Of a stretch of 64,000 bases of DNA, positions 26,489-34,178 are shown one piece after another. This stretch comes from a virus (lineage: Duplodnaviria; Caudoviricetes). The stretch spans positions 47,168-111,167 of the IMG/VR virus record IMGVR_UViG_2751185783_000001; one strand, 5' to 3'. The notes under the pieces are model-generated. The model was given only the letters and a program-made list of their open reading frames with translations. It was not told the DNA's origin and did not search any database. The position numbers and the translations under genes are program-made. Position 1 is the first letter of the stretch. The number at the start of each line of letters is the position of its first letter.

Positions 26489-26514
26489 CCGCGCACCCCC
26501 TCACCCCGTGCCGG

Positions 26515-26946
26515 TCAGGCTGCGGGCATCGTCAGGGTCAGCGAGGTCACCGCGACGGTCAGGCCGATCGAGATGGTGGTGGTGTTCAGCTGAAGATCGC
26601 CGCCGCCGCCGGTGGCGGTGACCGACCCGTCGACCATGCCCAGGCCGGTCGTGCCCGCTTCGGTGGAGTCGACGAGCCGCCACCACCCGGCGGTGCCCGC
26701 GGCGACACCGGTGCCGGACAGGGCCGGTGACTGCGCCGCGGTGATCACACCGGCGGAGGCGGCCCCGAAGCTGGGATCGTTGAGGGTGATCTCGGCCAGC
26801 AGGGTGCCCGACGCGGTAGTTCCCGGCCCGGCAGGCTGAGTACCGGTGTAGATGCGCAGCCTGCCCGCGGCGGGACCGCCGTCAACGAGGTCACGGACCG
26901 CCCCGGCAAGGGCGTTACGGGCGGCGGTGGAGATTCGGATGGCCAT
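26515..26946 (-). CDS. small beta-rich virion/fibre-associated protein
   Basis: RLRIYTGTQPA...GTAGWWRL...DGSV; GGGAGGG RBS. Confidence 0.75.
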   Translation of the reverse strand: MAIRISTAARNALAGAVRDLVDGGPAAGRLRIYTGTQPAGPGTTASGTLLAEITLNDPSFGAASAGVITAAQSPALSGTGVAAGTAGWWRLVDSTEAGTTGLGMVDGSVTATGGGGDLQLNTTTISIGLTVAVTSLTLTMPAA

Positions 26947-26989
26947 CGGTGCCGCCCTCCCAGACGGTCAACACGCAGTGGAAGTTGGG

Positions 26990-27029
26990 TCCTGCGGGGC
27001 CGGGCCCGTCCAAGCCCGGCCCCGCAGGA
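26990..27029. terminator. 16-bp stem-loop after the capsid genes
   Basis: TCCTGCGGGGCCGGGC-ccgtccaa-GCCCGGCCCCGCAGGA. Confidence 0.7.
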
Positions 27030-27032
27030 AGA

Positions 27033-27575
27033 TCAGGACTGCTGCTTTGCCAGCTTGATCAGGTCGGCCTTGTCGGCGTCCTTGACCGCGTCGTAGTCCT
27101 GGCCGCGGCCCACCAGGTACTCCACCCACACGGCCTGACCGGCGCGCCCGTCCGGCTCCGCACCGCCGTCGGGCAGCTTCGCCCGCGCCGCGGCCCGCTT
27201 CTCGGCGAGTTCCTGATCGGCCTTCGACGGTTCGGTGGCCTTGTCGATCGCGCCCTGATCCGTCACCGTCTCCCGGATGCGGTCGGCGGCGCCGAGAGCC
27301 GGATCGGTGCGGGGCTCCTCCGGTTTGCCGCCGCGCAGCACGTCCACGGTCACCGCGTCGAGCCCTCGCGCCGGATCCTGCTGTACTGCGGCATTCGGTG
27401 CGATCGGCGTGGCGCCCATCTCGGCGATCAGCCCGTTGTCCAGCAGATGCTTCAGCCGGTCCGCCGACACGCCCGCGGGGACCGGCGCGCCCTTGTACAG
27501 CATCTGCATCGACCGGGTACCGCCCAGTTCCTGCACTTCGACGTGGGCGCATTCGCCCACCACCTGATATGTCAT
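27033..27575 (-). CDS. capsid-adjacent hypothetical protein
   Basis: follows the capsid gene; C-terminal WVEYL...KADLI helical motif. Confidence 0.75.
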   Translation of the reverse strand: MTYQVVGECAHVEVQELGGTRSMQMLYKGAPVPAGVSADRLKHLLDNGLIAEMGATPIAPNAAVQQDPARGLDAVTVDVLRGGKPEEPRTDPALGAADRIRETVTDQGAIDKATEPSKADQELAEKRAAARAKLPDGGAEPDGRAGQAVWVEYLVGRGQDYDAVKDADKADLIKLAKQQS

Positions 27576-27576
27576 G

Positions 27577-28518
27577 TCAGGTGCCCGAGATCTGCCGGGC
27601 AGCGAGGGGGTCGGTGACGACCGGGACGGTGAGCCGGCGCGCCCACACGTTCCACGCGTCCCGGTTCTTGATCCGGTCGGTCTGGACCTGGATGCCGTTC
27701 TCCGCGGACGCGTAGCCGGGGTCGAGGTCCGTTTCGTCGGCGAGGCCGCCGAGGGCGTGGGAGTCGAGGACCCACACACTGTCGGTGCCGCCGGGCATGT
27801 TCGCCACCGGCGTCTTGATGACCTTCAGGTCGGCGATCGTCTCGATCGTCCCGCCGTAGATCGGGTTGTCGGTCGTCTCCCGCTTGCGGAGCTGGGCGAC
27901 CTTGTCGTCGGACACCATGTACGCGTACTTGGTGTTCGTCATCAGGATCGTGTCGGCCTTGTAGCCCATCTCCTGGCCGTCGATCGCCGCCTTGGTCAGC
28001 TCGATGTCGCGCAGGATCGTGGCGGTGGCCAGGTTCGACCAGGCGGCGGTCGCGGTGATCGGGGTGGCGTTGACCGCCGACACGATCGCGGCGATGGTCA
28101 GCCGGTCGATCTTCTGGATGAGGGTGTTGATGACGATCCGTAGCGCCCAGTCGATCGCGCTGCCCATCGGCACCGACCGCTTGATGCGCTCGTCGGTGAG
28201 TTCGGTGGCCTGGCCCCACTTCTTCACCTGCGCCAGCGCGGCCGTGCCGGACAGCGGCAGGGCCCGCGGGTACTCACTGCCGGGCGCGACGGCGGTGATG
28301 CTGCGGTTGGTGAAGAGGGGCTGGTCGTTGATCTCGTACGCGACCGCGCCGCCGCTCGACCGGTACTTGGCCAGCAGTAGCTGGTCCGCGACGAACTGGA
28401 TGTCGGTCAGCTCCCGCAGACGGCGCGAGATGGCCGTCGGGCTGGCAAGCATCCGGTTGATCGTGAGGAGATCACCGGACAGGCTCGCCGGAGCGGGCGG
28501 ATATGCCTGAAGCGGCAT
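27577..28518 (-). CDS. major capsid protein
   Basis: VAPGSEYP, VKKWG, PVVTDPLAA; 313 aa; synteny. Confidence 0.88.
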   Translation of the reverse strand: MPLQAYPPAPASLSGDLLTINRMLASPTAISRRLRELTDIQFVADQLLLAKYRSSGGAVAYEINDQPLFTNRSITAVAPGSEYPRALPLSGTAALAQVKKWGQATELTDERIKRSVPMGSAIDWALRIVINTLIQKIDRLTIAAIVSAVNATPITATAAWSNLATATILRDIELTKAAIDGQEMGYKADTILMTNTKYAYMVSDDKVAQLRKRETTDNPIYGGTIETIADLKVIKTPVANMPGGTDSVWVLDSHALGGLADETDLDPGYASAENGIQVQTDRIKNRDAWNVWARRLTVPVVTDPLAARQISGT

Positions 28519-28527
28519 CGGGTCCTG

Positions 28528-28584
28528 CCTTTCGCCCTGCGTCTGGGCATGAAAAAGCCCCGCACGCAGGGCGCCGGGGTGAGG
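28528..28584 (-). promoter_or_regulatory. terminator-like hairpin with a competing helix upstream of the capsid gene
   Basis: CCTCACCCCGGCGCCCTGCGTGCGGGGCTTTTTCATGCCCAGACGCAGGGCGAAAGG. Confidence 0.6.
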
Positions 28585-28625
28585 TCTGGTCCGAGGGGCT
28601 ATTCAGTTGTGTGGGGCTGGAGCGG

Positions 28626-29015
28626 TCAGCACTCCATCCACGTCACCAGCGCCGTGTCCGCGGCAGTGGTGAGGGCGACGCCGAGGGCCGCGCGGGCATT
28701 GTTGATGTCCCCGGCGGTCGCACCCGACGCGGCAGCGAGCGAGGCGACGTTCCCGGACGCGGCGGCGTACACGTTGTCCCCGGCGGTGATCGCACCGGCG
28801 GCGGTGGTGATGTGGACCTGGCCGCGGCCGTGCATCGGGCCTTCCGCGCCGGATGCGATGTCGCAGCCCGCCACTCCGATGACCTTCGACCCTGCGGTGG
28901 CGGTCGCGACGGTGCCGTTACCGGACACCATGAGCGTCTTGCCGCCGACGACGGCGCCGGAGGTGGTGACGGTGATGACGTCACCGGGCATGTACAGCGG
29001 GGCGTAGTCGGGCAT
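28626..29015 (-). CDS. capsid decoration/cement protein (DUF2190-like)
   Basis: VIGVAGCD...AGAITAGD...LGVALT. Confidence 0.8.
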   Translation of the reverse strand: MPDYAPLYMPGDVITVTTSGAVVGGKTLMVSGNGTVATATAGSKVIGVAGCDIASGAEGPMHGRGQVHITTAAGAITAGDNVYAAASGNVASLAAASGATAGDINNARAALGVALTTAADTALVTWMEC

Positions 29016-30124
29016 CAGGCACCGGCCTTCTGCGCGCCGAACACGCGCTCGTAGTCGGCTTCGAACGCGGTGTCCGCGCCGGACGGCTCGGGGGCGCCGG
29101 TGACACCGGACGCCATGACCGGCACGGCGTAGCCGACGGCGATCCGGCCGAGGGTGCGGGTGGTGACGCCCGGCGCCTCGTCGTAGTCCGTCTCCCACTG
29201 CTCACGCTCGTGTGGCTTGAACTTGCCCTCACGCTGCGCGGTGTCGAGAACGGATGCTTTGACGGTCTTCGCGGTGTCGGCGTCCTGCGCGGCGATCCGC
29301 GCGGACATCGTCTCGACCTGAGAGGCGAGAACGGTCACCTCCTTGCGGAGCTCGTCCTTCTCCGCTTCGGCCTTCTCCGCCTTCTCGGTGGCCGCGGCAC
29401 TCGCGGCGACCATTTCCGGTGTCGGCGCGGGTTCCGGAATAGGCTGGTCGGCCTTGGCCTTCAGCGCGTCGATCGCCGCGAGCGCGGCCGTCTCGTCGGC
29501 GTCAGCGTCGAGGCCGAGCCGCGAGCGCATCTCGTCGCTCAGGGACATCTTGTCCTCCAGGGTTGTGTTGGGGTCCGGCTCGGCGGCCGGTAAGGGTGTC
29601 GGCGCGGAGGCGTACACGACGGCGTGCACCCGCTCGCCGCAGTCGGGTGTGCCGGCGGTGGCGGCAACACCGAGCAGGCCGGGAAGGTCCTGCACGGATT
29701 TGAGGGTGGCGACGGCGGGCGGGGTGACACCGAGCAACGCGACCGCAGTCAGGGCGAACGGGTGTTCGTGGCCGAGCCCGCACCGGTACCGGTAGGCGCC
29801 CTCGATGCTGCGGTCGGGGTAGGCGGCGGCCTGCACCTGCGACAGCCAGGGCAGGGCCACCTGGTCGCCGATGAGGGCATGCCCGTCGTCGGACAGCCGC
29901 AGGTCTTCGAACCAGCCCAGGGCGGGTTCGCCGTCGCCGCCGTTGTTGAACCGCTCGTCGGTGTGCCCCAGCTTGAGCCGCGGCCGGCGGACGGCCGCGC
30001 ATTGTTGGGCTTCGACGGCGGCGGCCAGGTCGGCGGGGGTGGGGGACCAGGCGCCGGTGGAAGCGCCCCAGGTGCCGGTGCGGATGAGTTCGATGCCGGT
30101 GCGGCGCGCAAGGCCGGTGGGCAC
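29015..30124 (-). CDS. capsid maturation protease/scaffold (Mu I-like)
   Basis: LKLGH, PALGWF, YPDRSIE, LTAVALLGVTPPAV, then a coiled-coil scaffold region. Confidence 0.82.
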   Translation of the reverse strand: MPTGLARRTGIELIRTGTWGASTGAWSPTPADLAAAVEAQQCAAVRRPRLKLGHTDERFNNGGDGEPALGWFEDLRLSDDGHALIGDQVALPWLSQVQAAAYPDRSIEGAYRYRCGLGHEHPFALTAVALLGVTPPAVATLKSVQDLPGLLGVAATAGTPDCGERVHAVVYASAPTPLPAAEPDPNTTLEDKMSLSDEMRSRLGLDADADETAALAAIDALKAKADQPIPEPAPTPEMVAASAAATEKAEKAEAEKDELRKEVTVLASQVETMSARIAAQDADTAKTVKASVLDTAQREGKFKPHEREQWETDYDEAPGVTTRTLGRIAVGYAVPVMASGVTGAPEPSGADTAFEADYERVFGAQKAGA

Positions 30125-30160
30125 TGCCGCCTCCTTTCGGGGTCGGCGGTGCCGGGTGTG

Positions 30161-30298
30161 TTACTGGTCCGTAGTGACGCTCTTGCGGGTAGGGGATGCG
30201 GGACGGTACTGCCCGATCAGGTCTTGCAGTTGGGCGGAGAGGAGATCGTCCACGGAGGCCGGGGCCGCTGCGGCGGCGAGCATCTGCTGCCGGTTCAT
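30161..30298 (-). CDS. 45-aa hypothetical peptide
   Basis: ATGA overlap with the upstream ORF; GGAG RBS. Confidence 0.45.
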   Translation of the reverse strand: MNRQQMLAAAAAPASVDDLLSAQLQDLIGQYRPASPTRKSVTTDQ

Positions 30299-30477
30299 CT
30301 CTGCTCTCCGCCGGTGCTGCCAGGGACCGGGCCAGCCGCCGGTTCGGCGAGGACCGGCGGCTGGTAGCCGCCGTCCATCCGGTCTACGAGTGAGCTGGCA
30401 GGTGGAACAGCGGTGACAGTGGCCGGCACCTCGTCGGTTGCCCACCTCTGGGCAAGGGAAGCCGGTTTCGCTTTCAT
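30295..30477 (-). CDS. 60-aa peptide coupled to the ART gene (candidate inhibitor)
   Basis: ATGA overlap with the ART stop; GAGGTG RBS. Confidence 0.6.
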   Translation of the reverse strand: MKAKPASLAQRWATDEVPATVTAVPPASSLVDRMDGGYQPPVLAEPAAGPVPGSTGGEQR

Positions 30478-33400
30478 GCGATCACCTCGATGTCTAGGAC
30501 CCGGATACCGTTTTCGTCGACTCCGCGGTCGGCTACCACGCGACGACGCTGGCCGCGGGCGGTCAGGATTTCGGCTTCGTGCTGGAAATCAAGCCATACC
30601 TCGTCGGGACGCCCCATCGGGGATACCTGGACGCCGGGAGAGCCCTTGGGCAGCAAGATCCTCATCATGACCGGCGGCATGTCGGGTTCTTCCATCTGGG
30701 CGACTTGGGCGAACTGGCTGGCGACTCGGACGTCGGCGGTGGTGGAGGCGAAAGCCGAATCCTCCCACTCCATCCCGGTGACGTCGGGCCCCCAGGCGTC
30801 ACCGAAGATTTTCCCCGGGTCTTTGATCGTCCGGTAGACCAGTACGTCTTTCGGTAGCGGCGAGGCAGCCATCGCATCGTCGATCTTCTTCACCACATCG
30901 GTGATCTCAGGACCGCCATCAGCGGTACCACGCAGGTAGGAGTTGATCTCGGAGAACGCCTCGCCCTGGTATGTGGCCAGTGCATCCCCGATTACAGCGC
31001 TCTGGGATTCCGACCAGCCGGAAGGCACAGAAATGGGGATCCCGGACCCGAACCTGACGGGAACAGAATCAAGGCCGCCCTGACCTTGTGCAGCCTTCTT
31101 CGCTGCGGCATCCCAACCAGAGGCTGTCATCCCACCGGACACAACGCCACCCGGCGCTGGGCCGGCAGCGGGAGTTTCCTGCCCGGCGGGTACCGCGGTA
31201 CCGTTTCCACCAGCCCGGGCAGGGGCGGGCGCGGCTTCCTGTTTGCCCGCCTGCTGTCCAGCGCCGGCCTTCGGCAACACGCGGACGTCGATCTGGCGGA
31301 TCCCGTCGACCACACCGCGGTCGGTTACGACCTCGATCTCGTGGCCGCGGTCGATGAGGATCTCGGCCTCGGACGGATCACGTGGGTCGTAGAGGTCGAT
31401 CGCCTTGGTGCCGGCAGGGACGGCCACCCGCATCTGGACGGGGTCTTCGCCGCGGGAGAACGGGGCGATCGCGCCGGTGTCGGTGGACGTCGACAGGAAG
31501 CCGTCCTCGCGCCAGCGCATGCCGGTCAGGTCGCCGTCGAGGCGGTCGCCGAACATGGCCCGGGACTGCCGGATCCCGCGCAGGACGGTGATGTCAGCGT
31601 TCAATTCCGAGCCGGTCATCGCGTCGTCGATCCCGGCGATCGCCTTCTGGGTCTGGGCGTTGCCGGGGCCGCCGGTCCGCAGCGCGCCGTTGATCCGTTT
31701 GAAGTCGGTGCCGTTGCGGGAGTCCTGGTAGCCCTCGAGGCCTGCGCGCTGGGTGTCGGTCAGATCGTTGCCGGGCCGGTGCGGGCCTTTCGGGATGGCT
31801 GCGGAGACTGCGGCCCGGTCGATCTCGGCGGAAGCCGGCGCCGGGACGGCCGGTTGCGCCGGGGTGGGCAGACCGGTACCCGCCGTCGTCTCGCTGGGCG
31901 CAGGCCCGGACGGGGTCTGTGGCGCCGTCTGCGGGGCGGCCCCCTCCCCGGCGGACAGGCCCTGCTGGCGCTTGTCGCGGATGACGTCCGGTTTGAGGTC
32001 GTCGCGCCGGTCCGGGTCCGCGTACTGGGCCTCGAGGTCCGCGACCGCACGGGCGACCGCCGTGTCGATCTCCAGTTTGCCTTCGCGGGACTCGTGCCGC
32101 CGGTTGTGGGCCTTCTGCCTGACCTGATCGGCCAGACGACGGCCGGACATCCCGCCCTTGTCCCATTTGGCCAGAGCCTGCGACAGGGCGTCGGTCTCCA
32201 TGCCGTCACGGCGGACCAGGGGGATCGCCCACAGCTGGTCCATCAGCTTGCGCAGGGCGTCCGGGGTCGAGTCCGGGACCTCCGGTGCCGGGCCGTCGGG
32301 CGCGTCGAGACCGATGACCGCCAGTTGCACGGCCCGCTTACCGGGCCCGTCTGGCAGCCGGCCGGCGAGCATCTTGAGCTGGTCGAGCTGGGCCTGGGCG
32401 GGCAGACGTCCCATGACGGTGTCGGTTGCCATCCGGCCAAGGTGTTCGGCCAGCGGGAGGCCGTCGACGTCGAGCATCCGGTCGGCGCCGAGCATGCCGA
32501 CGGCCTGGCCGATCTCGCCGTCGGCGTGGAACGCGACCGGGCTGTCGGGGTCGGCGCCCCATTTGTTGTCCGACAGCGGCTGGGTGCTCATGACCCGCGG
32601 CAGCGGGCCACCCGGCTGGGCCGTCGGCGCGTCGGGCACGTTTGCGGTTGTCGGGGTCTCGGGTGCGAGGGCGGAGGAGGGCGGCGCCGCGGGGAGCTGG
32701 TTCTCCGGGTTTTCGCTATTCTGCACGGCGGCCGGTTCAGCGGCTGGTTCGGCCGCTGGACCGGAGGTGTCCCCGCCGTTGCCGCGCCGGTCCGGTTCGT
32801 TGGTGGAGATCAGGTGCTTGGGCTCAGGGCCGATGACGATCGCCGCGTCGAGTTCGGCCTGCGACAACTCGCCGCGGGCGGGGTCCGGCTCGAGGCGGAT
32901 CCGGCGTGCCCGGTCGAGGCGGCGCAGCTCGGCGTCGGCGTCTTCGCGGGACATGCCGGGCAGCTGGTCGCGGACCTTCGCCAACAGGACCAGGTCGCCG
33001 GGCTTGCGGCCGTCGGCGGTCAGGGCATCGTGGATGGCGTCCATGATCTGGTCGGCGGGCGTGGCGGGCTCGGCCCCACCAGCCGGGCCAGGGACAGAGA
33101 CGTCCCTACGGTTCTCGTCAGCGACGCCGGACGGCTTCGACACCGGGTCGGCCTTGGCGGCGCCGGATCCCTGGGAATCCGCACCGCGGTCCAGGCCTGG
33201 TGCCTGAGGGGTGCCCGCTTCCCGGTCGTTGTTGCCTTCGGTACCCATCTCGTCGGCGACCAGCGCATCCACGAGCTGGGACTTACGCAGCCTGCCCGGC
33301 CTGAGCCCACGCTCACGCATCATGGCCTGCAACTCGGGCACCCGGTTCTTCATCAGATCCGCACGGACCTGATCGGCGCCTTCCGGCTGCTCGCTACTGG

Positions 33401-34169
33401 CGTCGTCCGCTGCGGGCGCCTTCTCCGCGGGCGGGGGAGCCGTCTTCGCCGGCGCGGAAGGCCGCGCCGTGGGCGGAGCCTGCTCGGCCGGTGCGTCAGC
33501 GGACGGGCCGTCCAGCGCCTTCTCGTCGCCCTTGCCTGCCTCCGCGCCCTTCTTCGACAGCACGGCTACGTGCATGTCGTAGCCGCCCGCACTGTTCGCC
33601 TCGACTTTGGTGACGACCATGTCCAAGTCCCGGCCGAGGATCACTTCGCCGGTCTCCGGGTTCACCGCGGCGCGCGTACCGGCCGGGGCAGAAATACGCA
33701 TCCGCACGTCGCCTTTGGTGGCGCGGACCGTACCGACGGAGGTGGGCGCGTAGGCGGCGTCACGAACCCGCATGCCGACCAGGCCGTCCGGACCGGCCGG
33801 ACCGAACGCGGCGACCGGCACCCGCCGGGACAGCATCACGTCGTCGGGCAGATCCACCATCGCGGCGTCCATGGCCGTGACCGACGGGTCGCCGGTTTTG
33901 CCCGCACGCAGCGCCTTGTGGGTGTCGACGTACCCGCCCGCGACATACGAGGCGACGGCCTGGCGGTGGGCGGCGGGGGCGATCGGCTCGAGGTAGGCGG
34001 GTGCCTTGGTCCCGACGATGCCCTTCTTCGGCCGCAGCCCGGAGGTGATCTGTTCGGCCAGGCCGATCTCGGCCCGGCTGGCGGGCGCGGACCGGGACCG
34101 GGTGAACCGGCCGTTCTTGTCCCGCGGGTGCAGCGACGGGATCCACTTCTTGACGGCCACGATCACCAC
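30474..34169 (-). CDS. multidomain protein with three VIP2/C2-like ADP-ribosyltransferase domains
   Basis: LHPRDKNGRF N-terminal motif; ART2 VLRG/FLSTST/EAE; ART3 VYRT/FASTTA/EAE; degenerate ART1 LSRR/YAPTS/TGE. Confidence 0.88.
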   Translation of the reverse strand: MVIVAVKKWIPSLHPRDKNGRFTRSRSAPASRAEIGLAEQITSGLRPKKGIVGTKAPAYLEPIAPAAHRQAVASYVAGGYVDTHKALRAGKTGDPSVTAMDAAMVDLPDDVMLSRRVPVAAFGPAGPDGLVGMRVRDAAYAPTSVGTVRATKGDVRMRISAPAGTRAAVNPETGEVILGRDLDMVVTKVEANSAGGYDMHVAVLSKKGAEAGKGDEKALDGPSADAPAEQAPPTARPSAPAKTAPPPAEKAPAADDASSEQPEGADQVRADLMKNRVPELQAMMRERGLRPGRLRKSQLVDALVADEMGTEGNNDREAGTPQAPGLDRGADSQGSGAAKADPVSKPSGVADENRRDVSVPGPAGGAEPATPADQIMDAIHDALTADGRKPGDLVLLAKVRDQLPGMSREDADAELRRLDRARRIRLEPDPARGELSQAELDAAIVIGPEPKHLISTNEPDRRGNGGDTSGPAAEPAAEPAAVQNSENPENQLPAAPPSSALAPETPTTANVPDAPTAQPGGPLPRVMSTQPLSDNKWGADPDSPVAFHADGEIGQAVGMLGADRMLDVDGLPLAEHLGRMATDTVMGRLPAQAQLDQLKMLAGRLPDGPGKRAVQLAVIGLDAPDGPAPEVPDSTPDALRKLMDQLWAIPLVRRDGMETDALSQALAKWDKGGMSGRRLADQVRQKAHNRRHESREGKLEIDTAVARAVADLEAQYADPDRRDDLKPDVIRDKRQQGLSAGEGAAPQTAPQTPSGPAPSETTAGTGLPTPAQPAVPAPASAEIDRAAVSAAIPKGPHRPGNDLTDTQRAGLEGYQDSRNGTDFKRINGALRTGGPGNAQTQKAIAGIDDAMTGSELNADITVLRGIRQSRAMFGDRLDGDLTGMRWREDGFLSTSTDTGAIAPFSRGEDPVQMRVAVPAGTKAIDLYDPRDPSEAEILIDRGHEIEVVTDRGVVDGIRQIDVRVLPKAGAGQQAGKQEAAPAPARAGGNGTAVPAGQETPAAGPAPGGVVSGGMTASGWDAAAKKAAQGQGGLDSVPVRFGSGIPISVPSGWSESQSAVIGDALATYQGEAFSEINSYLRGTADGGPEITDVVKKIDDAMAASPLPKDVLVYRTIKDPGKIFGDAWGPDVTGMEWEDSAFASTTADVRVASQFAQVAQMEEPDMPPVMMRILLPKGSPGVQVSPMGRPDEVWLDFQHEAEILTARGQRRRVVADRGVDENGIRVLDIEVIA

Positions 34170-34178
34170 CCCGTCCTG

